DNA from: Pseudomonadota bacterium
Lineage (GTDB): Bacteria > Myxococcota > Myxococcia > Myxococcales > Myxococcaceae
Assembly: GCA_023426545.1 (NCBI GenBank)
Contig: JAFAAN010000147.1
Location: forward strand, 1,836-65,835
Reading direction: 5' to 3'
Length of the DNA stretch: 64,000 nucleotides
Shown here in pieces: positions 38,574 through 47,703 of the stretch (the first letter of the stretch is position 1; each line of letters opens with the position of its first letter). The translations under genes and the position numbers were made by a program. The notes beneath the pieces were generated by a model. It saw nothing but the letters and a program-made list of their open reading frames with translations. It searched no databases and was not told where the DNA came from.

Positions 38574-39674
38574 TCACCAGCCGCGCGCGGCGATGGCGTG
38601 CGTGGCGACGAGGGTTCCCTGACGCAGCACGTGCAGCCGTTCGTGGAGGTTGACGGAAGCGCAGGCGTGGTTGGGCACCACGCGCACACGGTCGCCCAGG
38701 CGGGGGCGCCAGTCCGTGCCGGACAGGTCCAGCAGTCCGTGCTCCTCGGACAGCCCGTGGAGCCGCACCTCGGGCCGGTCGAGCAGGGCGCCGTAGCCGC
38801 CAGCAGCGTCGAAGCCTTCCTCCTTGGCCAGTGCCTTGGAGCCCGCGTCGATGACGGCCTGACCGGGCACCGAGGTGCTCACCACCGTGGCCAGCACGGA
38901 GTAGGCGCATTCGCTCCAGTCGCACGCTCCCACCGACACGGAGTTGCGGTCGTTGAAGATGTTGATGCCAGGGCGAATCTCCGTGAGCCCGGCGACCTCG
39001 TGCGAGCGCCACAGCGTCGGCGTGGAGCCGCCGCTCACGCACTCCGGCCGGAGCTCCGCGTCGGACAGGGCGTCCACGAAGGTGGCCAGCCGTTCGGACT
39101 GCTCCCGCATTGCGGGGCCCAGCTCCGCCTGGGGCGCTCGGAGGTGGCCGGCGTAGAAGGTGACGCCCCGGTATTCGACGCCGCTGGTGAACGCCACCTC
39201 GCGGGCCAGTCTGACGGCGTCCTCGGGCCGTGCAACGCCCACCCGGCGCATGCCCATGTCCAGCTCCACCAGAACGCCTACGGTGCGGCCGGTACGTCGC
39301 GCCTCGCTCCCCAGGACGAGCAGCGCTTCAGAGGAGTCCAGCGCGACGGTGAGCCGCACCGACGGCGGCAGGTTCATGAGCCGGGCGAGCCGCTCCGGGC
39401 CCACGACGGGGTAGGCGAGGAGCACGTCGTCGCAGACGGAGGCCATGACCTCGGCCTCTCGGACCGTGGCGACGGTAACCCCCTGGGCCCCCGCGGCGAG
39501 CTGGAGCCTGGCGAGCTCCGGTGTCTTGTGGGTCTTCGTGTGTGGGCGCCACCGCAGCCCATGCTGCCGGGTGTAGGCGGTCACCCGGCGCAGGTTGGCC
39601 TCCACGCGGTCCAGGTCCACGAGCGCCGCGGGCGTCGTCATCGTCTCGAGCCAGCTCAGGTCCATGGCGCGCAT
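38574..39674 (-). CDS. PLP-dependent D-threonine aldolase / D-serine dehydratase-like (alanine racemase N-terminal fold) enzyme
   Basis: It has TPAALVDLDRVEANL, the PLP-Lys context RPHTKTHKT and a C-terminal HGLSEEHG...GDRVRVVPNHAC block. An alternative ATG start is at 39665. Confidence 0.75.
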   Translation of the reverse strand: MRAMDLSWLETMTTPAALVDLDRVEANLRRVTAYTRQHGLRWRPHTKTHKTPELARLQLAAGAQGVTVATVREAEVMASVCDDVLLAYPVVGPERLARLMNLPPSVRLTVALDSSEALLVLGSEARRTGRTVGVLVELDMGMRRVGVARPEDAVRLAREVAFTSGVEYRGVTFYAGHLRAPQAELGPAMREQSERLATFVDALSDAELRPECVSGGSTPTLWRSHEVAGLTEIRPGINIFNDRNSVSVGACDWSECAYSVLATVVSTSVPGQAVIDAGSKALAKEEGFDAAGGYGALLDRPEVRLHGLSEEHGLLDLSGTDWRPRLGDRVRVVPNHACASVNLHERLHVLRQGTLVATHAIAARGW

Positions 39675-39757
39675 GCTGACACCCTGTCGCGCGGGCTTCC
39701 ATGGGGGCGCGGGGGCTTCCCCCCGAGCGGTGGGGTGGTAGACCTCTGCCTCCCGCG

Positions 39758-40867
39758 ATGCGAGGCGACATGCCGGATACTCCATTGACTCGAAGGGCCC
39801 TCAACCGCGCGACGCTCGCCCGGCAAATGCTGATGGAGCGGGAGCCCGTCCCCGTGCTCTCCGCGGTGGAGCGGCTCCTGGCGCTGCAAGCCCAGCAGGC
39901 GAAGCCGCCCTTCATCGGACTGTGGTCGCGCGTCGCGGGCTTCGAGCGGGACGCGCTCCAGGCGTTGCTCCAGCGCCGGGAGGTCATCCGCGCCACGTTG
40001 ATGCGCGGCACGCTGCACCTCGCGAGCGCGAAGGACTACCTGCACCTGCGGGCCAGCTTCACGCCATTGCTGGAGGCGTCGGTGGCGTCGGTCCTGCGAG
40101 AGCGGGCGAAGGGCCTGGACATCGCGCCGCTCGTCGAGGAGGCGCGCGCCTTCTTCGAGGCGTCGCCACGCACCTTCGAGGCGGTGCGCGACCACCTGGT
40201 GGCACGCCATCCTCGGAACGACGAGCGGGCCATGGGCTTCGCGGTGCGGATGTTCCTGCCGCTCATCCAGGTGCCCACGGACGCGGAGTGGGGCTATCCC
40301 GGCACCACGGACTTCGCGCTCGCGGAGTCGTGGCTGGGGGCGCCGCTGCGTGCCGGGGCCGACCTGGCCACGCTGGTGTCGCGCTACCTCGCGGCCTTCG
40401 GGCCGGCGTCGGTGGCGGACGCCCAGTCGTGGTCTGGCCTCAAGGGGCTGAAGCCCGCCTTCGAGTCGCTGCGCCCCTCGCTGCGCACGTTCCGGGATGA
40501 GCGTGGGCGTGAGCTGTTCGACCTGCCCACGGCCCCCCGTCCCGACGAGGACACCCCCGCGCCCGCGCGCTTCCTGCCCGAGTTCGACAGTCTGGTGCTG
40601 GGCCACGAAGAACGGGCGCGGCTGGTGGATGACGCGCACCGCTCCAGGCTCATCACCAAGAACCTGCGGGTCCCCGCAACGTTTCTCGTGGATGGCTTCG
40701 TCGCCGGCACGTGGACGGTGGAGTGCAAGCGCGCGGTGGCCGCGCTCGTCGTCGAGCCCTTCACGCCACTCAAGAAGAAGGACCGCGACGCGCTGGCGAA
40801 AGAGGGGGAGGCCCTGCTTCGCTTCCTCGAACCCGGCGCCCGCACGTTCGAGGTCCGAGGGCTCTGA
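39758..40867 (+). CDS. Winged-helix DNA-binding protein of the YcaQ/DUF1006 family
   Basis: It shows the N-terminal family pattern LNRATLARQMLMEREPVPVLSAVERLLALQAQ...REVIRATLMRGTLHL. The start is uncertain (39758 or 39770). Confidence 0.7.
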   Translation: MRGDMPDTPLTRRALNRATLARQMLMEREPVPVLSAVERLLALQAQQAKPPFIGLWSRVAGFERDALQALLQRREVIRATLMRGTLHLASAKDYLHLRASFTPLLEASVASVLRERAKGLDIAPLVEEARAFFEASPRTFEAVRDHLVARHPRNDERAMGFAVRMFLPLIQVPTDAEWGYPGTTDFALAESWLGAPLRAGADLATLVSRYLAAFGPASVADAQSWSGLKGLKPAFESLRPSLRTFRDERGRELFDLPTAPRPDEDTPAPARFLPEFDSLVLGHEERARLVDDAHRSRLITKNLRVPATFLVDGFVAGTWTVECKRAVAALVVEPFTPLKKKDRDALAKEGEALLRFLEPGARTFEVRGL

Positions 40868-41035
40868 GGGACGCATCTCGCCGTTCCCTCGTTGCCTCGC
40901 CCCGGTGGGGGCTGGTCCGCTGCAACGCGAACGACGGCGGCGCCTCCAGCGCGTGGCGCCCTCGGGGCTTCAGTCTCGCCGTGCTTCCACCGCCGCACGG
41001 TCCATCGTGCGGCGGTGGAGGTGCCGCTCACGCGG

Positions 41036-43243
41036 CTACTGCGGCTTGGGCGCCGCGACCTTCTTCGCCGGCGGCTGGTACTTCATGCCCAGGGCGTTGA
41101 ACACGAACGAGTAGATGTCCACTTCCTCCTCGATGCGCGCGTTCAGCGGCGTACCGGATCCGTGGCCCGTCTCCGCGTTGGCCCGCAGGAGGATGGGGTT
41201 CGTCGACTTCGTGGCCTCCTGCATCCGGGCCACCATCTTCCGCGAGTGGAACGGGTCGACGCGCGGGTCGTTCGCCCCGGACGTGAAGAGCACGGTGGGG
41301 TACCGCGCCCCGTCCTTCACGTTGTGGAGCGGCGAGTACGCATGCAGCGCCTTGAACTGCTCCGGGTCCTTCACGGTGCCGTACTCGGTGATGTTGAACT
41401 GGCCATTGGGCGTCAGTTCCACCCGGAGCATGTCGTAGATGCCGACGCGCGCCACGACGGCGCCGTACATCTCCGGGTGCTGGGTGACGGCCGCGCCCAT
41501 CAGCAGGCCACCGTTGCTGCCGCCCTGGATGGCCAGCTTCTTCGGCTGCGTGTACTTCTGGTCCACCAGCAGCTTCGCGGCGGCGTGGAAGTCGTCGAAG
41601 ACGTTCTGCTTCTTCGTGAGGGAGCCCTCGGCGTGCCACTGCTCGCCGAACTCCGAGCCGCCGCGCAGGTTGGCCACCGCGTACACGCCGCCCTGCTCCA
41701 GCCAGAGGCCGGCCAACACGTTGAAGCCCGGGCTGATGGAGATGTTGAAGCCGCCGTAGCCCGTCAGCAGCGCCGGGTTGTTGCCGTTGAGCTTGAGGCC
41801 CTTCTTCTTGAGGATGCTGACGGGCACCTTCGTGCCGTCCTTGGACGTGGCGAAGGCGCGCACCACTTCCACGTTGCCCAGGTCCAGCGGCGACGTGCGG
41901 GCCAGGGCCGTCTTCTTCACCGTGTTGTCCTTGGCCGAGTACCGGTACCAGGCCATCGGGTGGGTGAAGCTACTGTTGATGAAAAGCACGTCGTCGCCGC
42001 CCTGGCTCACGAGCCCGCCCACCGCGGAGACGGGCAGGGTGGGCACCAGGCCCAGCGCCTTGCCCTTCAGGTCCACCATGCGGAGCTGCGACGGGCCGCC
42101 GAGCTGCTCGTTCAGGTAGAGGCGCGACTGGGTCGGGAAGATGCCCTGGATGCTGGCCTCGCCCTCCGGCACCACCACCGTGGCCTTGTCCAGAGTCGGC
42201 GTGGCCAAGGGCAGCCGCAGCACCTTGCCACGCGGGGCGTCCTTGCGGCTCAGGAGGTACAGGGCGCCGTCATGCCCGAAGCGCGCCCGGATGACCTTGT
42301 CCTCGAACTTGGAGACCTGCGTCCACTTCCCGGCCGCGTCGCGCAGGTACAGCATGTACTCGCCGCCATCGCCGTTGGCGATCGTGGCGGAGATGTGCTG
42401 GCCGTCGTGAGACGTGTTCAGCTCCGCCATCGCGATGCGCGGGAAATCCTTGCCCAGGACGTACGTGTCCTTCTCCGTGGGCGTGCCGAGCTGGTGGAAG
42501 TAGACCTGCTGGAAGAAGTCGTGGTCCGCCTCGGGGCGCTCGTCGCCGCGCGGGTAGCGCGTGTAGAAGAAGCCCTGGCCGTCCGCGGTCCACGTCAGGC
42601 TGCCACCCGCGGTTCCGCCATTCACGCGGGGCACCGTCTCGTTGGGCAGCGGCTTGCCGGTGGCCACGTCGTAGACGGTGACGTCACCGCTCTCCGTGCC
42701 GTTCTTCGACAGGGAGATGGCGACCTTCTTGCCGTCCAGCGAGGGGACATACCAGTCGATGGTGGTGCGTCCCGAAGGGTCCAGCACCATGGGGTCCAGC
42801 AGCACACGCTCCTTCGAGGTGTCGTCCACCGAGCCGAGCACCACCAGGAAGGACTGCTGCTTGGGCGGCTGCGACTTCATGGCGAACAAGGTGCCGCCCG
42901 CCTCGTGCAGCGCGCCGTAGCCCGGGGACTTCCAGCTCAACAGCTCGGTGACGCGCTGCCGGATGGCCTCGCGGCCCGGGAGCTTGTCCAGGAGGGCGCG
43001 CGTGTATGCGTTCTGCGCGTCATTCCACTGCTTCACCGTCGCGTCGGACGAGTCCTCCAGCCACTGGTACGGGTCGTTCACCTGCGTGCCGTGGTAGGTG
43101 TCCACCTTCTCCCGCTTCGCAGTCGCGGGCGCCTTGTTGGCGGCCTTGCGTGGCGCCGACGCGGTGGGCGCGGGAGCGGGCGCGGCCGGCGCCGCCAGCG
43201 GCAGGGTCAGCACCGCCGCCGTCAATGCGGTCTTCAGCTTCAC
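41036..43243 (-). CDS. Secreted prolyl oligopeptidase (S9A family)
   Basis: The signal peptide is MKLKTALTAAVLTLPLAAPAAP. The N-terminal region is a propeller. The nucleophile elbow is LAIQGGSNGGLLMGA. The C-terminus has the GHG catalytic His context (ETGHGSG). Confidence 0.9.
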   Translation of the reverse strand: MKLKTALTAAVLTLPLAAPAAPAPAPTASAPRKAANKAPATAKREKVDTYHGTQVNDPYQWLEDSSDATVKQWNDAQNAYTRALLDKLPGREAIRQRVTELLSWKSPGYGALHEAGGTLFAMKSQPPKQQSFLVVLGSVDDTSKERVLLDPMVLDPSGRTTIDWYVPSLDGKKVAISLSKNGTESGDVTVYDVATGKPLPNETVPRVNGGTAGGSLTWTADGQGFFYTRYPRGDERPEADHDFFQQVYFHQLGTPTEKDTYVLGKDFPRIAMAELNTSHDGQHISATIANGDGGEYMLYLRDAAGKWTQVSKFEDKVIRARFGHDGALYLLSRKDAPRGKVLRLPLATPTLDKATVVVPEGEASIQGIFPTQSRLYLNEQLGGPSQLRMVDLKGKALGLVPTLPVSAVGGLVSQGGDDVLFINSSFTHPMAWYRYSAKDNTVKKTALARTSPLDLGNVEVVRAFATSKDGTKVPVSILKKKGLKLNGNNPALLTGYGGFNISISPGFNVLAGLWLEQGGVYAVANLRGGSEFGEQWHAEGSLTKKQNVFDDFHAAAKLLVDQKYTQPKKLAIQGGSNGGLLMGAAVTQHPEMYGAVVARVGIYDMLRVELTPNGQFNITEYGTVKDPEQFKALHAYSPLHNVKDGARYPTVLFTSGANDPRVDPFHSRKMVARMQEATKSTNPILLRANAETGHGSGTPLNARIEEEVDIYSFVFNALGMKYQPPAKKVAAPKPQ

Positions 43244-43396
43244 GGTTCACCTCGGGGTTGGGAAGGGTGCGCGCAGCCTGCCACGTCCTGCGGGGCGAGG
43301 AAGGCACTCCGTGCGTTGGGAATGCCGGCGCGGCCCGAGTGTTCGCCAGCGCTCCCGCCATCCCCGCCGAGGGAGTTCGACCGCGGGTGCTGATGG

Positions 43397-44887
43397 TCAG
43401 CGCAGCGGCAGTGTGACCAGCCCCTCCACGAAGCGGTCGAACGCCACGTTGGCGGGCAGGGCGGTACCGTCGTCCATGTTCCCCAGCATCAGCGCGAAGA
43501 CGACGCGCGGGTGTCGGGCGTCCCCCGGCCGGTCCACCACGCCCACGAAGGACCTCTGCCCGGACAGGGTCCCCGTCTTCGCGCGGATGCGGCCCGCGGT
43601 GTCGGCGGTGACGGGCCGGCCGGCGAGTGTGCCGTCCTGGCCCGCCACGGGCAGGCTGTCCACGAGCGCGGCGCCGTAAGGCTCGCGCAGGCTGGAGAGG
43701 AGGACCGCTACCAGGCCGCGCGCGGTGGCCAGGTTGTAGCGGGACAGGCCGCTGCCATCCACGGGGCGCAGGTCGCGCGAGGGAATGCCGCGGCGGGTGA
43801 GCTCCGCCGACAGGGCGGTGCGCAGCGCGGCATAGCTCTCCGCGCCGGTGAGCTCGCGCGCGAAGCGAAGCCCCAGGCGCTCCGCGTACAGGTTGAGGGA
43901 CTCCTTGTTCGTCACCTTCACCAGCTCGGACAGCGGGGGGCTGACCAGCGTGACGAGCGGCGCGGGCACCTGGGGGCCCTGCGCCGTGGGCGCCTCCAGC
44001 GTCAGCGGCAGCCGGGGGATGTCTCGCTTCAGCAGCGCGGCCTCCACGCACGCGGAGAAGAGCTGCTCGGGCTCGTCCACGGACAGCCTCACGGCGGCGG
44101 TGCGAGGGCACGTCGTCGCGGGCGAGCGCCAGAGGCAGCGCACACCGGGGCCGCCGCGCTGGCGCACGCAGGCCAGCGTGGGCCGCTCCGCGTTCGTGTC
44201 CACGCTCACCACGGCCGTCAGCGACGCGAAGGCCGGCGCCACCTGGACCGCCGGAGGTTGCGCGCAGTCCGCGCCGTCCGATCGCGACAGCGTCACGTCC
44301 ACCACGTTCTCGCGGAAGACGAAGGCCGTGGGGGCCGCGCTGTAGGCGTAGGCGGCGTCATCCCAGGCCCAGCCCGGGCCGAAGGGGAACTCCGCGTCAC
44401 GCGCGCCACGCACCCGCACCTGCCCGCGCCACTGGCGGATGCCACGGCCCTGCATGGCATCGGCGACCTGCTCACAGGCCAGCGCCGTCTCCGGGAAGCG
44501 CCATGAGCCCAGGGATGGGTCGCCTGCCGTGTCCACCACCACGTCACCCAGGAACAGCCCTCCGTCCAGCGTGCCCTCCAGGGCCACCGGCGTCTGGAAG
44601 CGGTAGTCCGGCCCCAGCGCGGAGAGGAGGGCCGCGGTGGAGACCACCTTCAGCGTGGAGGCCGGCAGCAGCCGCATGTGCTCCCGGTGGGTGAAGAGCG
44701 GCTCGCCCGTCGCCGCGTCCGCCACGTAGGCGCTCGCCAGGGCACCTTCGGCCTCCAGCGTCTCGATGAGGCCGTGGGCCAGGGCGGGGAGGGTGGTGGC
44801 GGTCCCCTCGGGCCGCTTCGCGTGGAAGCAACCGGGGAGCGTCAGGAGGGCCACGAGCAGGAGCGAGGCGGACGGGACGCGGCGCAT
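43397..44887 (-). CDS. dacB: D-alanyl-D-alanine carboxypeptidase/endopeptidase (PBP4, S13 family) lipoprotein
   Basis: ATG at 44887 gives MRRVPSASLLLVALLTLPGC (lipobox). It has the SxxK motif in LLPASTLKVVS and C-terminal KTGTL (IRAKTGTLSG). Confidence 0.85.
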   Translation of the reverse strand: MRRVPSASLLLVALLTLPGCFHAKRPEGTATTLPALAHGLIETLEAEGALASAYVADAATGEPLFTHREHMRLLPASTLKVVSTAALLSALGPDYRFQTPVALEGTLDGGLFLGDVVVDTAGDPSLGSWRFPETALACEQVADAMQGRGIRQWRGQVRVRGARDAEFPFGPGWAWDDAAYAYSAAPTAFVFRENVVDVTLSRSDGADCAQPPAVQVAPAFASLTAVVSVDTNAERPTLACVRQRGGPGVRCLWRSPATTCPRTAAVRLSVDEPEQLFSACVEAALLKRDIPRLPLTLEAPTAQGPQVPAPLVTLVSPPLSELVKVTNKESLNLYAERLGLRFARELTGAESYAALRTALSAELTRRGIPSRDLRPVDGSGLSRYNLATARGLVAVLLSSLREPYGAALVDSLPVAGQDGTLAGRPVTADTAGRIRAKTGTLSGQRSFVGVVDRPGDARHPRVVFALMLGNMDDGTALPANVAFDRFVEGLVTLPLR

Positions 44888-45038
44888 ATCGCCGGGCACG
44901 CTACCGCCAGGGAGGGAGCGTGTCATTCCGCGGTGGGCGCCGGCTGGCCGGAGAACGGGCGGGCCTCCGGGGAAGGCGCGCACAGCCACATCGAGCACCT
45001 TGACGGCACGCCGCTCGCCCCCCATCCTGCCGCGCCCC

Positions 45039-45689
45039 ATGCCTGTCCTACGTGGTGCTGTCACGTTGTCGCGCTTCCGGGTCGAACCGGCGAAGGAAGC
45101 GCCCTCGGATGTCAAACGCTGGCTGACGCGCGGTCTCAAGGCCCACGCGTTCGAGCCCATCGACCGCCGCTCCGAGGAAGAGCGCGCCGTGGGCTTCGTG
45201 GAGCTGGAGAACGAGGAGTCCAGCGAGTTCCCCGCGAGCCGCCTCTACTACGGTGAGTACGCCCTGTTCGCCTTCCGCATCGACACCATCAAGGTGCCGG
45301 CCGCGGCCCTCAAGGCCGAGCTGGCCAAGTGGGCCGCTGCCTTCGAGAAGGAGAATGGCCGCCAGCCCAGCCGGGGTGAGAAGACGCAGAGCCGCGGCGA
45401 AATCCGGCAGATGCTGCGCAACCGCGCCACGCCGCGCACGTCCACGGTGGACGTGAGCTGGAACCTGAAGACGCAGCAGGTGCAGATCTGGTCCGCGTCG
45501 CGCAAGGTGGTGGACGAAATCACCGTCGCGCTGGAGGGTGGCCTGGGCGTGAAGTTCTTCGGCCTGACGCCGGCGTCCATGGCGCAGACGGCGGGCATCG
45601 ACGAGTCCGCGCTGGGGCCCACCGCGGAGCTGATTGGCATGGACCTGCCGGCGACGGCTTCGGAGGAGATGGCTCATGGCGAGGCGTGA
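45039..45689 (+). CDS. RdgC-like (recombination-associated) protein, short form
   Basis: The N-terminus MPVLRGAVTLSRFRVE, then FEPID...GFVEL...ALFAFRIDTIKVPAAALKAEL, follows the order of conserved RdgC blocks. At 216 aa it is shorter than the roughly 300-aa enterobacterial RdgC. Confidence 0.5.
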   Translation: MPVLRGAVTLSRFRVEPAKEAPSDVKRWLTRGLKAHAFEPIDRRSEEERAVGFVELENEESSEFPASRLYYGEYALFAFRIDTIKVPAAALKAELAKWAAAFEKENGRQPSRGEKTQSRGEIRQMLRNRATPRTSTVDVSWNLKTQQVQIWSASRKVVDEITVALEGGLGVKFFGLTPASMAQTAGIDESALGPTAELIGMDLPATASEEMAHGEA

Positions 45690-46365
45690 TGAGGCGCGGG
45701 CCGAAGCGGCCTTCATGCGGGGCGACGTCGGCGTGGACGGCGGCGCCACCGAGGAGACGCAGGACGAGGCCGAGGTCGAGAAGGGCAAAGCGCGCGAGCA
45801 GTTGCTGCGCGGCCGGGCCTACCTGGGCCGTGAGTTCCTCACGTGGCTCCTGTGGCGCACCGAGACCGGTGGCCCGCTGGTGGAGGTGGAGGGCGAGGGC
45901 GTCAGCGTGCTCTTCATGGGCCGCGTGGTGCTGCGCGGCGTGGCGGGGGAGGTCACGGAGATGAGCGCCAAGGGCACGCTGGCGCCGTACTCCGAGCAGG
46001 TGCGGCACTCGCTGGACCGGGGCCTCCTGGTGGCGCAGGCGCGTCTGCGCTTCACCCACGGGGAGAAGGAGTTCGAGGCCACGGTCGACTCCGAGTTCCT
46101 CGACATCCGCGCGGGCAAGCTGCCGGCGTTGATGAGCGAGGAGGAGGACGACCAGCTCTCCGAGCGGCTCTTCCTGATGGAGCAGCTCTCCGCCATGGTG
46201 GACGCGCTGGTCCAGGACTTCCTGTCGGTGCGCGCGAACAAACGCTGGAGCAAGTCGGTGGTTCCGGCGATGAAGGAGTGGATGCGCGGCGACGAGCAGG
46301 GGGCCGACGCGCTCGCCAAGGCCGCCAGGGCCCGTGGCCGCGACGCCCGCTCGGCGCGAGGCTGA
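45676..46365 (+). CDS. Hypothetical protein translationally coupled to the RdgC-like gene
   Basis: ATG at 45676 overlaps the upstream stop by 14 nt. The ORF is 229 aa with acidic stretches and coding-like composition. I recognised no family. Confidence 0.5.
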   Translation: MARRDEARAEAAFMRGDVGVDGGATEETQDEAEVEKGKAREQLLRGRAYLGREFLTWLLWRTETGGPLVEVEGEGVSVLFMGRVVLRGVAGEVTEMSAKGTLAPYSEQVRHSLDRGLLVAQARLRFTHGEKEFEATVDSEFLDIRAGKLPALMSEEEDDQLSERLFLMEQLSAMVDALVQDFLSVRANKRWSKSVVPAMKEWMRGDEQGADALAKAARARGRDARSARG

Positions 46366-46380
46366 GCGGAGCCCGGGGCG

Positions 46381-47076
46381 CTACGGGCCGGGATGCGGTG
46401 GCGTCCGCCGCCGCACCCAGGCCAGCGCCACGCCTGGCAGCAGCACCATGCCCGCGAAGAGCAGGAGGAACGACTCCAGCTCCGCGGCGCTGGCGCCCAG
46501 CGCGGCGTAGGTCACCGACACGCCGAGGTTGGCCAGGGCGGTCGTGGTGAGGAACGTCCTGGGAGGCATGCGGCTGGTGCCCGCGAACAGGACGGAGGTC
46601 TCCGCGAGCACCGGCACGGCGCGGAACACCAGCAGGAACCAGGGGCCCATCCGCTCAGCGGCGCGCGCCAGCCTCGCGACCTCCGCGGCGCCCGCCATGC
46701 GCCGCAGCGCCGAGGTTCCGGCTCGCGCGCCCAGGACGTAGCCGACGGCGCAGCCCGCCATCATCCCCAGCCAGGACGTGGCCGCGCCGCCCCAGAAGCC
46801 CAGCAGGCCGCCGGCCGCGGTCCCCACCAGGCTGGAGGGCACGGGCAGCACGACGTCTCCCGCTAGCAGTCCGCCCAGCAGCAGCGCCACCTGCCAGGAG
46901 GGAGGTCGTGCGGCGAGGAAGTGCTCCGCCGCCGCTTCCAGGCTGGCGCCGAAGAAGGCGAAGGGCACCAGGATGCCCGCCAGCAAGAGGCCGCAGAACG
47001 CCATCCATCCGGAGAGGGCGCGTCCGGAGGGGCGGCCCGCGTCCGCCGCTGACAGGCCCTGTGTGGGCTCAGCCAT
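46381..47076 (-). CDS. DedA/VTT (SNARE-associated) family membrane protein
   Basis: ATG is at 47076. It has multiple TM helices and the block GDVVLPVPSSLVGTAAG, typical of the VTT domain. Confidence 0.7.
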   Translation of the reverse strand: MAEPTQGLSAADAGRPSGRALSGWMAFCGLLLAGILVPFAFFGASLEAAAEHFLAARPPSWQVALLLGGLLAGDVVLPVPSSLVGTAAGGLLGFWGGAATSWLGMMAGCAVGYVLGARAGTSALRRMAGAAEVARLARAAERMGPWFLLVFRAVPVLAETSVLFAGTSRMPPRTFLTTTALANLGVSVTYAALGASAAELESFLLLFAGMVLLPGVALAWVRRRTPPHPGP

Positions 47077-47494
47077 CCGCGAGCGGCAGCCGGGCCGCCG
47101 CGGCCATGAGGGAGGTCTCGCGGTCGATGGCCAGCGCACCTTCCTCCGCGAAGGCGATGCCCACCACGGCGCGGACGCGGCCCGTCGCGTCGAGCACGGG
47201 CAGCGCCACGGCCGCGCGCGCGTCCACCGCCTTCGCCCCCGGCTTGATGTCCGAGGAGGGGTCCTCCTTGATGTTGCAGGTCTGCACGGGCGCCTTGCGC
47301 ACCTGGGCGAGCCCGGCCATCCCCTTGCCGTGCGGCACGTGCTTCACGGCCGTCATCAGCGGCTGCGGGATGTTGAGGGCCGCCACGAGGTAGAGGTCGT
47401 CTCCTCGCTGGAGGTGGATGGTGCCGGCGGTGGCGCCGTGTTCGCTGGCGAACGACTCCAGCCACGACTGATAGGGCGTGCTTTTCTCGTTCAT
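47069..47494 (-). CDS. Stand-alone GAF-domain protein
   Basis: This 141-aa protein has TAGTIHL...LYLVAALNIP and AVALPVLDATGRVRAVVGIAF, consistent with a GAF fold. Its stop overlaps the DedA start by 8 nt (ATGGCTGA). Confidence 0.7.
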   Translation of the reverse strand: MNEKSTPYQSWLESFASEHGATAGTIHLQRGDDLYLVAALNIPQPLMTAVKHVPHGKGMAGLAQVRKAPVQTCNIKEDPSSDIKPGAKAVDARAAVALPVLDATGRVRAVVGIAFAEEGALAIDRETSLMAAAARLPLADG

Positions 47495-47703
47495 GGCGCC
47501 CTCGACTGTGCGCCCCCGTTTCTCCCGCAGTCAACGCGGGCCGGCCACGCGGTCCGTGTGGGGCGTCCATGTTCATCCGACAGTCGACGGTTGGTGGCTG
47601 TTCGGGGGCACCCAGCCCTGGCGCCCGTGCACGATGGGGGCGTGGCATATCCTCCGGAGGTCGCCGGACGTCCCTTGCACGATTTCCTTCTGGTGCCCGG
47701 CTG

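Noticed and set aside
40892-43393. 833-aa plus-strand ORF across the prolyl oligopeptidase locus
   Set aside because: The minus-strand frame carries the S9A motifs (GGSNGG) and a signal peptide. The plus-strand frame is Arg/His/Gly/Leu-rich with no motifs.
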